From assembly GCA_965219455.1 (NCBI GenBank), contig OZ244744.1, forward strand, positions 4,352,001-4,416,000: a DNA stretch of 64,000 nt. Direction: 5' to 3'. A program made the position numbers and the translations under genes. Position 1 is the first letter of the stretch, and each line of letters begins with the position of its first letter. Shown in pieces: positions 39,156 to 50,917 of this stretch. A model generated the notes under the pieces. That model was not told where the DNA came from, made no database searches, and worked only from the letters and a program-made list of their open reading frames with translations. This DNA is from Candidatus Latescibacterota bacterium. GTDB lineage: Bacteria > Latescibacterota > UBA2968 > GCA-2709665.

Positions 39156-41246
39156 TCAGGTTCCCCGGCCGAAGCTTTTTCCGAAGATCCACCAATCGGC
39201 GGAACCGACCTCACCGTCGCCGTCCAGATCGAAGCGCGCGTCATATCCCGCATCTCCCCAGCGCAGCCCGTAATTCGCGATGAATTGCAGAAAGTCGGAA
39301 AAGCTCACGGACCCGTCGCCGTCGAAGTCGGCAGCAAGGGGTTGCAGTATGGCACGTGAAGACACATCCCACAGCAGAATCGTACCGTCGTAACTGCCGC
39401 TTGCCAGCGTTGTCCCATCAGGCGAAAACACCACCGAATAGATCGGACCGGTGTGTCCTGTGAGGGTGCGTATATCCTGCCCTGAGGCTACGTCCCACAA
39501 CCACACCGCCTTGTACGGACTACAGGTTGCCAGCGTGGTCCCATCCGGCGAAAACGCCACCGACCAGAAATTATCGCCGCCTGTGAGGGCACGCAAATGC
39601 TGCCCAGTGGCTGCGTCCCACAACCGCACCGTACCCCTGATATCTGCGCTTGCCAGCGTTGCCCCATCGGGGGAAAACGCCACCCCCTGGATCCCCTGGG
39701 TATGTTCTGTGAGGGTGATTTTTTCTTGCCCGGTTGCCGGATCCCACAATCGCACCGTTTGGTCGTGACTTGCGCTTGCCAGGGTCTGACCATCGGGGGA
39801 AAACGCCACCGAAGCGACATCATCGGTATGTGCTGTGAGGGTATATTTCTCCTGTCCTGTGGTCACGTCCCACACCCTCACCGTTTCATCCCGATAGCCG
39901 CCACCACTTGCCAGGGTCGACCCATCCGGCGAAAACGCCACAGTCCTCACGGTGCCCGTATGTCCTTTGAGGGTGTCTTTCTCGTGCCCTGTGGCCGCGT
40001 CCCACAACCGCACCGTTTCATCCCGATAGCCGGCACCACTTGCCAGGGTCGACCCATCCGGCGAAAACGCGACCGAATTGACCCAACGGGTATGTCCCGT
40101 GAAGGTGCGTATATCCAACCCGGTGACGACGTCCCACAACCGGACCATGCGGTCGTTTCCGCCGCTTGCCAGCATCGTCCCGTCCGGTGAATATGCAACC
40201 GACCGGACGACGGAGGTATGTCCTGTAAGGGTGAGGGTGCTATTCTCCTGCCCCGTTTCCGCGTCCCACTGTCGCACCTCATTGTCGAAACCGCGGCTCG
40301 CCAGGGACATCCCGTCCTGCGAATACGCAACCGACGGGACACTGGACGTATGTCCTGTGAGGGTGTGTTTCTCGTGCCCTGTGGCCGCGTCCCACAACCG
40401 GACCGTACTGTCCCGACTCGCGCTTGCCAGCGTCGTTCCATCGGGCGAAAACACCACCGAATACACCCAATGGGTATGCCCGTCCAGGGTGGACTTTTCC
40501 TGTCCCGTTTCCACGTCCCACAACCGCACCGTACTGTCCCGACTCCCACTGGCCAGCGTCATTCCGTCCGGCGAAAAAGCCACCGACCAGACCTCATGGG
40601 TATGTGCTGTGAGCGTGTGTTCTTCCTGCCCTGAGTTCACGTCCCACACCCGCACGGTACTGTCCCGGCTGGCGCTTGCCAGCGTCGCTCCATCGGGCGA
40701 AAACACCACCGACACGACCCAGGGGTTATTCAACCTACCCCGGTACTCTTCATTGACGAGGGTGCTTCTCTCCTGCCCTGTTTCCACGTCCCACACCCGC
40801 ACCGTGCCGTCGCGACTGCCGCTTGCCAGCGTCGTCCCATCCGGCGAGAATGCCACCGCCTCAACGTCGTACCTGTGTCCCGTGAGGATGCTTTTTTCCT
40901 GTCCGGTTGCGACGTCCCACAACCGTGCCGTATCGTCCCGGCTGCCGCTTGCCAGCGTCAGACCGTCGGGCGAAAACGCAATCCCATTGACTCTGAACGA
41001 ATGTCCCGTGATCAGGGAAACTTCCTCCCCCGTGCGGGCATCGTAGAGCCAGATGCCGGCGGTGCCCCCCAAGGCCAGGAGCGTCCGGTCCGGTGACCAG
41101 GCCACGTCGAGCACGTAGCCTTTGCCCAGCCGCATGCGGGCGCCTTCGGGCAAGCTCCAGCGATTGTAGTCCTGTGCGTGGCTGTCCTGGGCGATCAAGA
41201 CGGCCGTCAACAGAATGAGGGTGCAAGAAATCGTCCGTTTTTTCAT
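39156..41246 (-). CDS. W2: secreted WD40-repeat protein with dockerin-like tail
   Basis: Same architecture as W1; GGGAGGA RBS before ATG 41246. Confidence 0.93.
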   Translation of the reverse strand: MKKRTISCTLILLTAVLIAQDSHAQDYNRWSLPEGARMRLGKGYVLDVAWSPDRTLLALGGTAGIWLYDARTGEEVSLITGHSFRVNGIAFSPDGLTLASGSRDDTARLWDVATGQEKSILTGHRYDVEAVAFSPDGTTLASGSRDGTVRVWDVETGQERSTLVNEEYRGRLNNPWVVSVVFSPDGATLASASRDSTVRVWDVNSGQEEHTLTAHTHEVWSVAFSPDGMTLASGSRDSTVRLWDVETGQEKSTLDGHTHWVYSVVFSPDGTTLASASRDSTVRLWDAATGHEKHTLTGHTSSVPSVAYSQDGMSLASRGFDNEVRQWDAETGQENSTLTLTGHTSVVRSVAYSPDGTMLASGGNDRMVRLWDVVTGLDIRTFTGHTRWVNSVAFSPDGSTLASGAGYRDETVRLWDAATGHEKDTLKGHTGTVRTVAFSPDGSTLASGGGYRDETVRVWDVTTGQEKYTLTAHTDDVASVAFSPDGQTLASASHDQTVRLWDPATGQEKITLTEHTQGIQGVAFSPDGATLASADIRGTVRLWDAATGQHLRALTGGDNFWSVAFSPDGTTLATCSPYKAVWLWDVASGQDIRTLTGHTGPIYSVVFSPDGTTLASGSYDGTILLWDVSSRAILQPLAADFDGDGSVSFSDFLQFIANYGLRWGDAGYDARFDLDGDGEVGSADWWIFGKSFGRGT

Positions 41247-41783
41247 TTGATAATCCTCCCTGACAATCACAAACTGTGTTTGTTCGGATTAACTACGATT
41301 AAAACCGCACGGAGAATCTGTGACTGATGTGGCAACTTAAATGCCTTGGAGCGAGTGATGGCGTTATCGAAATACCGGTTTTTGTCGTTCGGAGGAATAG
41401 CTCCTCCGCTTAGCAGTGTCACGTTTCATTTCAGCACCTGCTCCGAGACGTAGTCTCTCACTTAAACGTACAGCGGTGAGAGGTTTAACGACGTGGATTC
41501 CGATATCACCTCCTTTCAGAACGCGGACAGAACCGCGACCGGCATTAGCCACGTGTACAGGCGATCATCGCGTTAAAGTAGACGTACGACGGACAGACGT
41601 TTATCAGCGTGGATTCCGATATCACCTCCTTCCCAGACGCGGTCAGATTGGGTGATCGATGGAATGTCAAAACAGGAGTCCGTCAAGGATTTGACTCTCA
41701 TGCCGGAAACCCGCCCGAAGGGGGTGGGTTCCCGGCCCTAATGCAGACCTTGCGCGACCTGTTTCTGACAGGGCGGGTTCGCC

Positions 41784-43859
41784 TCAGGTGCCCCGGCCGT
41801 AGCTTTGTATGAAGATCGTCCAATCGCCGTACCAGACGGTACCGTCGCCGTTCAGGTCGAAGCGCGCGTCATATCCCGCATCTCCCCAGTTCAGCCCGTA
41901 CTTCGCGACGAATTGCAGAAAGTCGAGAAAGTCCACGGATCCGTCGCCGTCGAAGTCGGCAGCGTGGGTTAATGGTGCGGCACCCGGCGAGACATCCCAC
42001 AGCAGAATCGTACCGTCGTAACTGCCGCTTGCCAGCGTCGTTCCATCCGGAGAAAACACCACCGAATAGACCCGATCAATATGCCCTGTGAGCGTGCGTA
42101 TATCCTGCCCGGTGGCCACGTCCCACAACCACACGGGCTTGCGCAGACTGCCGGTTGCCAGTGTTGTTCCATCCGGCGAAAACGCCACCGACCAGTGACT
42201 CTCGTGGCCATCCGTGAGGCTGAGTAAATCCTGTCCTGTGGCCGCGTCCCACAATCGCACCGTACCCCCACCATCGGTGATTGCCAGCGTCGCACCATCC
42301 GGCGAGAACGCCACCGAATAGATCCTTCCGGTATGTTCTATAAGGGTATTCTTCTCCTGCCCTGTGGCCGCGTCCCACAACCTCACCGTACTGTCAAGAC
42401 TGGCGCTTGCCAGCGTCAGACCATCGGGCGAAAAAACCACCGACGAGACAGTGCGCGTATGTCCAGTGAGGGTATTCTTCTCCTGCCCTGTGGCCACATC
42501 CCACAATCGTACAGTCTCATCCTGACTGCCGCTTGCCAACGTCCTCCCATCCAGCGAAAAAGCCACCGACCGGACCCGATGGGTATGTCCGGTGAGCATG
42601 TATTTCTCATGTCCCGTCTCCACGTCCCACAACCTCACCGTACTGTCAAGACTGGCGCTTGCCAGCGTCAGACCATCGGGCGAAAAAACCACCGACGAGA
42701 CAGTGCGCGTATGTCCAGTGTGGGTATTCTTCTCCTGCCCTGTGGCCAAGTCCCACACCCACACCGTACGGTCGTTACCGCCGCTCGCCAGCGTTGATCC
42801 ATCCGGCGAGAACGCCACCGTAGTTATTTCGCGGGTATGCCCTGTGAGGGTAAGCGTGCTTTGTTCGTGTCCCGTTTCCACGTCCCACACCCGCACCGTA
42901 TTGTCCCCACCGGCGCCTGTCACCGTCGATCCGTCTGGCGAAAACGCCACCGACCTTACATACGACGTATGTCCTGTGAGGGTGTTTTTCTCCTGCCGTG
43001 TGGCCACGTCCCACACCCGCACCGTGCGGTCGCCACCACCGCTTGCCAGCGTCGTCCCATCCGGCGAGAAACCCACCGAGATGATCCAACTCGTATGTTC
43101 TTCCAGGGTGCTCTTTTCCTGTCCTGTTTCCACGTCCCACAACCGCACCGTACTGTCAGTACTGGCGCTTGCGAGCGTCAGACCATCAGGTGAAAACGCG
43201 ATCGACCGAACCCTTCCGACATGTCCCGTGAGCGTGTGTTTTTCCTCCCCGGTGGCCGCGTCCCACAACCGCACCGTGGTGTCCTGAAGACTTGCGGTGG
43301 CCAGCGTCGATCCATCCGGCGAAAACGCCACCGAAGTAACCCAGGGCGCATCCCGAGACCCATCTCCTATGATGGTGCTTTTTCCCTGTCCTGTGGCCAC
43401 GTCCCACAACCGCACTGTACCGTCGCGACTGCCGCTTGCCAGCGTCGTCCCATCCAGCGAGAATGCCACCGCCTCGACATCGTAGGTATGTCCCGTGAGG
43501 GTGCTTTTTTCCTGTCCTGTGGCCGCGTCCCACAACCGCACCATATCGTCCCGACTGCCACTCGCCAGCGTGAGACCATCGGGCGAAAACGCAATCGCAT
43601 TGACTTTGTATATATGTCCTGTGAGTAGTGAAATTTCCGCCCCCGTACGGGTATCGTAGACCCAGATACCGACGCTGCCCCCCACGGCCAGGCGCGTGCC
43701 GTCCGGCGACCAGGCCACGTCGAGCACGTTTCCTTTGCCCAACCGCATGTGGGCGCCTTCGGGCAGACTCCAGCGAAGGTAATCCTGTGCGTAGCTGTTC
43801 TGTGCATACAGAGCCGTCGCTAAAAGAAGCAGTAGACTCGAAACCGTTGTCCTTTTCAT
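41784..43859 (-). CDS. W3: secreted WD40-repeat protein with dockerin-like tail
   Basis: Same architecture as W1. Confidence 0.93.
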   Translation of the reverse strand: MKRTTVSSLLLLLATALYAQNSYAQDYLRWSLPEGAHMRLGKGNVLDVAWSPDGTRLAVGGSVGIWVYDTRTGAEISLLTGHIYKVNAIAFSPDGLTLASGSRDDMVRLWDAATGQEKSTLTGHTYDVEAVAFSLDGTTLASGSRDGTVRLWDVATGQGKSTIIGDGSRDAPWVTSVAFSPDGSTLATASLQDTTVRLWDAATGEEKHTLTGHVGRVRSIAFSPDGLTLASASTDSTVRLWDVETGQEKSTLEEHTSWIISVGFSPDGTTLASGGGDRTVRVWDVATRQEKNTLTGHTSYVRSVAFSPDGSTVTGAGGDNTVRVWDVETGHEQSTLTLTGHTREITTVAFSPDGSTLASGGNDRTVWVWDLATGQEKNTHTGHTRTVSSVVFSPDGLTLASASLDSTVRLWDVETGHEKYMLTGHTHRVRSVAFSLDGRTLASGSQDETVRLWDVATGQEKNTLTGHTRTVSSVVFSPDGLTLASASLDSTVRLWDAATGQEKNTLIEHTGRIYSVAFSPDGATLAITDGGGTVRLWDAATGQDLLSLTDGHESHWSVAFSPDGTTLATGSLRKPVWLWDVATGQDIRTLTGHIDRVYSVVFSPDGTTLASGSYDGTILLWDVSPGAAPLTHAADFDGDGSVDFLDFLQFVAKYGLNWGDAGYDARFDLNGDGTVWYGDWTIFIQSYGRGT

Positions 43860-44393
43860 CTGTACCCCCCGACTGTGATTCAGGTGATTACGGTGATTAG
43901 AGGCTGATTAAAACCCATGAAGAGACTGTGTTTGATGTGGCTTTTGTTATGACATTGAGCGAGTGAGGGCGATATGCAGCGACCCGGTGTTCACTGGTCG
44001 GTGGCATCGTTCGGCCGCTTGCACTGCGCACCGTGTCCGTTCAGCACCTGCTCCGAGACGTAGTCTCTCACTTAAACGTACAGCGGTGAGAAGTTTAACG
44101 GCGTGGATTCCGATATCACCGCCTTTCCGAACGCGGACAGAACCGCGACCGGCATTAGCCACGTGTACAGGCGATCATCGCGTTAAAGTAGACGTACGAC
44201 GGACAGACGTTTATCAGCGTGGATTCCGATATCGCCTCCTTCCCAGACGCGGTCAGATTGGGTGATCGATGGAATGTCAAAACAGGAGTCCGTCAAGGAT
44301 TTGACTCTCATGCCGGGAACCCGCCCGAAGGGGGTGGGTTCCCGGACTCAATGCAGACCTGGCGCGACCTGATTCAGACACCGTTTATTCGCC

Positions 44394-46469
44394 TCACGTA
44401 CCCCGGCCGAAGCTTTTTCCGAAGGTCCACCAATCGCGGGACCCGACCTCACCGTCGCCGTCCAGATCGAAGCGCGCGTCATATCCCGCATCTCCCCAGC
44501 TCAGTCCGTACTTTGCGACGAATTGCAGAAAGTCTGAAAAGCCCACGGCCCCGTCACCGTCGAAGTCGGCGGCAAGGGGTTGCAGTGCGGCACGTGACGA
44601 GACATCCCACAGCAGAATCGTACCGTCGTAACTGGCGCTTGCCAGCGTTCTGCCATCCGGCGAAAACACCACCGACTTGACCGGATCGGTATGTCCTGTT
44701 AGGGTGCGTATATCCTGTCCTGTGGCCACGTCCCACAACCACACCGCCTTGTACGGACTGCAGGTTGCCAGCGTCATCCCATCCGGCGAGAACGCCACCG
44801 ACCAGAAATTATCGCCGCTTGTGAGGGCGCGTAAATGCTGACCTGTGGCCGCGTCCCACAACCGCACCGTACCCGCACCATCGGCGCTTGCCAGCGTCGC
44901 CCCATCGGGCGAAAAAACCACCCCATGGATCCCACGGGTATGTCCTGTGAGGCTGTTTTTCTCCTGCCCTGTGGCCGCGTCCCACAATCGCACCGTATTG
45001 TCGATACTGGCGCTTGCAAGCGTCGATCCATCGGGCGAAAACGCTACCGACGTGACTGTCGCCGTATGTCCTGTGAGGGTGTTTTTCTCGTGCCCTGTGC
45101 CCACGTCCCACAACAGCAACGCATTGTCCGAACCACCGGTTGCCAGCGTGGTCCCATCCGGCGAAAACGCCACCGGTGCGCCCGAACCGGTATTTCCCGT
45201 GAGGGTTTGTTTTTCCCGACCGGTGACCACGTCCCACAACACCACTGGACGGCCTCCGCTTGCCAGTGTCGTGCCATCCGGCGAGAACGCCACCGACGCG
45301 ATCCCACCACGGGAATGTCCTGTGAGCGTGTTTATCTCGTGCCCTGCGGCCGCGTCCCACAACTGGACCGTGGGTTCGTTACCACCGCTTGCCAACATCG
45401 TCCCATCGGGCGAATACACTACCGACCGGACGAGAGTGGTATGCCCGGTGAGTGTGAGGGCGCCTTTCTCCTGCCCGGTTTCTACCTCCCACAGCCGCAC
45501 CGTATTGTCGACGCTGCGGCTTGCCAACGTCATCCCGTCCTGCGAATACGCAACCGACCGGACGCTGGACGTATGGCCTGTGAGGGTGTTTTTTTCATGC
45601 CCTGTGGCCGCCTCCCATACCCGCACGGTACTGTCCCGGCTGGCGCTTGCCAGCGTCGATCCATCGGGCGAATACACCACCGAATACACCCGATGGGTAT
45701 GTCCTTCCAGGATGCTCCGTTCCTGTCCCGTTTCCACGTCCCACAACCGCACCGTGCTGTCCAGACTTGCACTGGCCAGCGTCATGCCATCCGGGGAATA
45801 AGCCACCGACCAGACCCGATGGGTATGTCCGGTGAGCGTGTGTTTTTCCTGCCCGGTTTCCACGTCCCACACCCGCACTGTAGAGTCGTTTCCAGCGCTT
45901 GCCAACGTCAGACCATCGGGCGAAAATGCCACTGAATAGACCCAGGGCCTATTCCGCAACTCCCGGTACTTTTCATTTACGAGGGTATGTTCTTCCCGCC
46001 CGGTGGCCACGTCCCACACCCGCACCGTACCGTCGCGACTGCCGCTTGCCAGGGTCGTTCCATCCAGCGAGAATGTAACCGCCTCCACGTCGTAGGTATG
46101 TCCCGTGAGGATGCTCTTTTCCTGTCCCGTTTCCACGTCCCACAACCGTACCGTTTTGTCCCGACTGCCACTCGCCAGCGTGAGACCGTCGGGCGAAAAC
46201 GCAATACCATTGACTCTGAACGCATGTCCTGTGATCAGGGAAACTTCCGCCCCGGTTTCGGCATCGTAGAGCCAGATGCCGACGCTGCCCCCCACGGCCA
46301 GGAGCGTGCGGTCCGGTGACCACGCCACGTCGCGCACGTTGCCTTTGCCCAGCCGCATGCGGGCGCCTTCGGGCAGACGCCAGCGATTGTAGTCCTGTGC
46401 GTGGCTGTACTGTGCAAACAGGAATGAAGCAAAAAGAAGCAATAGGCTTAGAATTGTTGTCCTTTTCAT
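44394..46469 (-). CDS. W4: secreted WD40-repeat protein with dockerin-like tail
   Basis: Same architecture as W1. Confidence 0.93.
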   Translation of the reverse strand: MKRTTILSLLLLFASFLFAQYSHAQDYNRWRLPEGARMRLGKGNVRDVAWSPDRTLLAVGGSVGIWLYDAETGAEVSLITGHAFRVNGIAFSPDGLTLASGSRDKTVRLWDVETGQEKSILTGHTYDVEAVTFSLDGTTLASGSRDGTVRVWDVATGREEHTLVNEKYRELRNRPWVYSVAFSPDGLTLASAGNDSTVRVWDVETGQEKHTLTGHTHRVWSVAYSPDGMTLASASLDSTVRLWDVETGQERSILEGHTHRVYSVVYSPDGSTLASASRDSTVRVWEAATGHEKNTLTGHTSSVRSVAYSQDGMTLASRSVDNTVRLWEVETGQEKGALTLTGHTTLVRSVVYSPDGTMLASGGNEPTVQLWDAAAGHEINTLTGHSRGGIASVAFSPDGTTLASGGRPVVLWDVVTGREKQTLTGNTGSGAPVAFSPDGTTLATGGSDNALLLWDVGTGHEKNTLTGHTATVTSVAFSPDGSTLASASIDNTVRLWDAATGQEKNSLTGHTRGIHGVVFSPDGATLASADGAGTVRLWDAATGQHLRALTSGDNFWSVAFSPDGMTLATCSPYKAVWLWDVATGQDIRTLTGHTDPVKSVVFSPDGRTLASASYDGTILLWDVSSRAALQPLAADFDGDGAVGFSDFLQFVAKYGLSWGDAGYDARFDLDGDGEVGSRDWWTFGKSFGRGT

Positions 46470-46815
46470 CTGTACCCCCCGGACTATGATTAAATATGAT
46501 TACGGTGATTAACTATGATTAAACCACATGAAGAGACTGTGATTGATGTGATTTTTGTAATGACCTGGAGCGAGGGATCGAGATTTGTAGAGACCTGGTG
46601 CACATTGATCGGCGGCATTGTTCGACCGTTCCCACTGTGGAACGTGTCACATGAGCACTTGCTCCGAGACGTAGTCTCTCACGTAGAGGTACTGCGGCCA
46701 GACGTTTAGCGATGTGGATTCGAATATCAACTCCTCTCCGAATTCGGCAAGGGCGGTGAACGGCGTTAACCGCTTGAGAAGCCGATAACCTGGTACGACG
46801 TCTTTTAGAGGCGCC
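46470..46815 (-). repeat. medium array spacer (also 59499-59853): one SD-containing unit plus TGATT array
   Basis: Aligns to the gene-proximal part of the long spacers. Confidence 0.8.
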
Positions 46816-48996
46816 TCATGAACCCTGGCCGAAGCTGCGTGCGAAGATCACGAAATCGTTGAACCCGACGTTACCGTCGCTGTCAAGATCGAAACGCGCG
46901 TCAAATCCGGCGTCACCCTGGCTCTGCCCGAACTGCGACGCAAACTGCAGGAAGTCGGGGAAACCCACAGTGCCGTCGCCGTCGAAGTCGGCAGCAAGGG
47001 GTTGAGGTGCGACATACGGCGACACATCCCACAGCAGAATCGTTTGGTCGTAACTACCGCTTGCCAGGGTCGTCCCATCCGGAGAAAACGCCACCGAACT
47101 GACCCACGTCAGATGTCCTGTCAGGACGCTTTTTTCCCGCCCCGTGGACGGGTCCCACAACCGCACCGCATTGTCCCGACTACCGCTTGCCAGGGTCGTC
47201 CCATCCGGAGAAAACGCCACAGACAAGACCCGGGACGTATGTCCCTTTAGGGTGCTTTTTTCGCGTCCCGTGGACGCGTCCCACAACCGAACTGTACTGT
47301 CCGAACTGGCGCTGGCCAGGGTCGTCCCATCCGGCGAAAACGCCACCGAATAGACATCTGACGTATGTTCTGTGAGGGTGTGTTTTTCCTGCCCTGTAGC
47401 CACGTCCCACACACGCACCGTCTCGTCGCCACTGGCGCTTGCCAGCGTCATCCCGTCCGGCGAAAATGCAACCGACAGGACTTCGGACCTATGTCCGGTG
47501 AGGGCGTGTTTTTCCTGTCTTGTGTTCCAGTCCCACAACCGCACCGTATTGCCCCGACTGCCGCTGGCCAGGGTCGTCCCATCCGGCGAAAACGCCACCG
47601 ATCGGACAGACCCCGTATGTCCTATCAGGGCGCCTTTCTCCCGCCCTGTGGACGCGTCCCACAATCGCACCGTCCAGTCGTCACTGGCGCTTGCCAGGGT
47701 CGTCCCATCCGGCGAAAACACCACCGAATTGACCCCAAGTGGTCCTGAGAGTCTGCTTTTCTCCTGCCACGTGGCCACGTCCCACAACCGAACTGTCTCG
47801 TTGCGACCGGCGCTTGCCAGGGTCGTCCCATCCGGCGAAAACACCACCGAATTGACCCCAAGTGGTCCTGAGAGTCTGCTTTTCTCCTGCCACGTGGCCA
47901 CGTCCCACAACCGAACTGTCTCGTTGCGACCGGCGCTTGCCAGGGTCGTCCCATCCGGCGAAAACACCACCGAAAAGACATAAGACGGATGTCCTGTTCC
48001 CATGATGCTGCTTTTTTTCTCCCCCGTGGCCAAATCCCACAACCGCACGGTATTGTCGGCACTGCCGCTTGCCAGGGTCGTCCCGTCCGGCGAAAACGCC
48101 AACGAATTGACCCCGCGGGTATGTCCTGTCAGGATGCTTTTCTCCTCTCCCGTGGCCACGTCCCACAGCCGCACCGTATGGTCGCTACTGCCGCTTGCCA
48201 GCATCGTCCCATCCGGCGAAAACGCCAACGCCCAGACCGGACGGGAATGTCTCGTTAGGATGTTCTCTTCCAGTCCGGTGGCCACGTCCCACAATCGCAC
48301 GGTCTCGTCGAGACTGCCACTTGTCAACGTCGTCCCGTCAGGCGAAAACGCAACCGACAAGACCCGACTGGTATGTCCTGTCAGGGTGCTTTTCTCCTGC
48401 CCGGTGGCGACGTCCCACACCCTCACCGTACTGTCGTAACTGGCGCTTGCCAGCGTCAGACCATCCGGCGAATACGCCACCGCCTCGACAGCCCTCGTAT
48501 GTCCCCCCAGGCTGCTTTTCTCCTGCCCGGTGGCCACGTCCCAAACCCGCACCCTATGGTCGTAACTGTCGCTTGCCAGCGTCGTTCCATCCGGCGAAAA
48601 TGCCACCGATAGGACAGACCGCGGATGTGCTCTGATACTGCTTCTTTCCTGTCCCGTGGCCACGTCCCACAATCGCAACCTACCGTCGAGACCTGCACTT
48701 GCGAGTGTCGTCCCATCCGGCGAAAATACCATCGAATGGAGTCTTCTCGTATGGCCCGTGAGCAGGGAAACTTCGGACCCGGTGTCGGCATCGTAGAGCC
48801 AGATGCCGGGGCTGGTGCCCACCGCCAGGCGTGTTCCGTCCGGCGACCAGGCCACGTCGCGCACGTTTCCTTTGCCCAGCCGCAGGCGGGCGCCTTCGGG
48901 CAAGCTCCAGCGATTGTAGTCCTGTGCGTGGGCGAACTGCGCAGACAAGACAGCCGTCGAAAGAATAATGAGACTCAAAATCGTTAGCTTTTTCAT
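46816..48996 (-). CDS. W5: secreted WD40-repeat protein with dockerin-like tail (one blade duplicated)
   Basis: Same architecture as W1; 123-bp exact internal duplication. Confidence 0.93.
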   Translation of the reverse strand: MKKLTILSLIILSTAVLSAQFAHAQDYNRWSLPEGARLRLGKGNVRDVAWSPDGTRLAVGTSPGIWLYDADTGSEVSLLTGHTRRLHSMVFSPDGTTLASAGLDGRLRLWDVATGQERSSIRAHPRSVLSVAFSPDGTTLASDSYDHRVRVWDVATGQEKSSLGGHTRAVEAVAYSPDGLTLASASYDSTVRVWDVATGQEKSTLTGHTSRVLSVAFSPDGTTLTSGSLDETVRLWDVATGLEENILTRHSRPVWALAFSPDGTMLASGSSDHTVRLWDVATGEEKSILTGHTRGVNSLAFSPDGTTLASGSADNTVRLWDLATGEKKSSIMGTGHPSYVFSVVFSPDGTTLASAGRNETVRLWDVATWQEKSRLSGPLGVNSVVFSPDGTTLASAGRNETVRLWDVATWQEKSRLSGPLGVNSVVFSPDGTTLASASDDWTVRLWDASTGREKGALIGHTGSVRSVAFSPDGTTLASGSRGNTVRLWDWNTRQEKHALTGHRSEVLSVAFSPDGMTLASASGDETVRVWDVATGQEKHTLTEHTSDVYSVAFSPDGTTLASASSDSTVRLWDASTGREKSTLKGHTSRVLSVAFSPDGTTLASGSRDNAVRLWDPSTGREKSVLTGHLTWVSSVAFSPDGTTLASGSYDQTILLWDVSPYVAPQPLAADFDGDGTVGFPDFLQFASQFGQSQGDAGFDARFDLDSDGNVGFNDFVIFARSFGQGS

Positions 48997-49157
48997 CTGA
49001 ATGCCCCTCCCGGACTAAGATTGACTGGGACTTCAATTTACTATGATTAGACGGCATGAAGAGACTGTGATTGATGTGATTCTGATGACGTCCTGAAGCG
49101 AGAGATGGACTCGTGAAGAGACCTGGCGCAACCTGTTTCCGACACCGTTTATTCGCC
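48997..49157 (-). repeat. short array spacer (also 57265-57425, differing by one base seen, and 52799-52954): TGATT array joined directly to the post-stop motif
   Basis: Direct comparison of the spacers. Confidence 0.85.
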
Positions 49158-50917
49158 TCAGGTGCCCCGGCCGTAGCTTTTTCCGAAGATCCACCAATCG
49201 CGGGACCCAACGGTACCGTCGCCGTCCAGATCGAAGCGCGCGTCATATCCCGCATCTCCCCAGCTCAGTCCGAACTTCGCGATGAATTGCAGAAAGTCTG
49301 AAAAGCCCACGGCCCCGTCGCCGTCGAAGTCGGCGGCAAGGGGTTGCAGTGCGGCACGTGACGAGACATCCCACAGCAGAACCGTACAGTCGTAACTGCC
49401 GCTTGCGAGGGTCGTCCCATCCGGCGAAAACACCACCGAATAGATCGGATCGGTATGTCCTGTGAGGGTGCGTATATCCTGCCCTGTGGCCACGTCCCAC
49501 AACCACACCGCCTTTTGCGGACTGGCGGTTGCCAGCGTGGTCCCGTCGGGCGAGAACGCCACCGAAAAGAAATTATCGCTACCTGCTGTGAGGGTGTTTT
49601 TTTCATGCCCGGTGGCCGCGTCCCACAACCGCACCGTACCACCGGCATCGGCGCTTGCCAGCGTCGCCCCATCGGGCGAAAACACCACTCCATGGATCCC
49701 ACGGGTATGTCCTATGAGGGTGTTTTTCTCGTGGCCGGTTGCCGGATCCCACAACCGCACCGTATTGTCGGAACTGGCGCTTGCAAGTGTCAATCCATCG
49801 GGTGAAAACGCCACCCACGAGACAGACGACGTATGTCCCGTGAGGATGTTTTTCTCCTGCCCTGTGGCCACGTCCCATAACCGCACCGTTTCGTCCCGAC
49901 CGCCGGCACTTGCCAGCGTGGACCCATCCGGCGAGTACGCCACCGACTCGATACGCGATGTATGTCCTGTGAGGGTATGTTCCTCCAGCCCTGTGGCCAC
50001 GTCCCACAATCGCACCGTTTCGTCGCGACTGCCGGTTGCCAGCGTGGTCCCATCCGGCGAAAACGCCACCGGTGCGCCCGAACCGGTATTTCCCGTGAGG
50101 GTTTGTTTTTCCCGACCGGTGACCACGTCCCACAACACCACTGGACGGCCTCCGCTTGCCAGTGTCGTGCCATCCGGCGAGAACGCCACCGACGCGATCC
50201 CACCACGGGAATGTCCTGTGAGCGTGTTTATCTCGTGCCCTGCGGCCGCGTCCCACAACTGGACCGTGGGTTCGTTACCACCGCTTGCCAACATCGTCCC
50301 ATCGGGCGAATACACTACCGACCGGACGAGAGTGGTATGCCCGGTGAGTGTGAGGGCGCCTTTCTCCTGCCCGGTTTCTACCTCCCACAGCCGCACCGTA
50401 TTGTCGACGCTGCGGCTTGCCAACGTCATCCCGTCCTGCGAATACGCAACCGAATGGACGCTGGACGTATGTCCCGTGAGCGTGTTTTTCTCCTGCCCTG
50501 TGGCCGCGTCCTATAGCCGCACCGTACGGTCGTGACTGCCACTTGCCAGCGTCGATCCATCCGGCGAATACACCACCGTATTCACACCGAGAAACTGCCC
50601 TTCCAGGGTGCTTAGTTCCTGACCCGTTTCCATGTCCCACAGCCGCACGGTACGGTCACTACCGGCGCTTGCCAGCGTGAGGCCATCGGGTGAAAACGCC
50701 AGCGAGGGGATCCTCCCGGTATGTCCTCTTAGCGCGTGTTTTTCCTGCCCAGTGGCCACGTCCCACAACCGCACCGTATCGTCCCGGCTGCCGCTTGCCA
50801 GCGTCAGACCATCGGGCGAAAATGCAACCGCATTGACTCTGAACGAATGTCCTGTGATCAGGGAAATTTCCGCCCCAGTGCGGGCATCGTAGAGCCAGAT
50901 GCCGACGCTGCCCCCTA

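Noticed and set aside
41505-41517. 16S rRNA 3'-end fragment (ATCACCTCCTTTC)
   Set aside because: The match is limited to the anti-SD tail, which is simply the complement of a perfect Shine-Dalgarno on the minus strand; no flanking rRNA sequence is present.
41364-41552. MANAGRGSVRVLKGGDIGIH... ORF family (also 38663-38923, 43947-44162)
   Set aside because: Similarity follows from the duplicated spacer DNA; the frame is broken by a 1-nt deletion in the 55.4 kb copy, the C-termini are unrelated and there is no clear RBS.
50511-50513. TAG readthrough or pyrrolysine in W6 and W11
   Set aside because: The TAGs replace different residues (Trp, Glu) by single substitutions, in genes that already carry other lesions.
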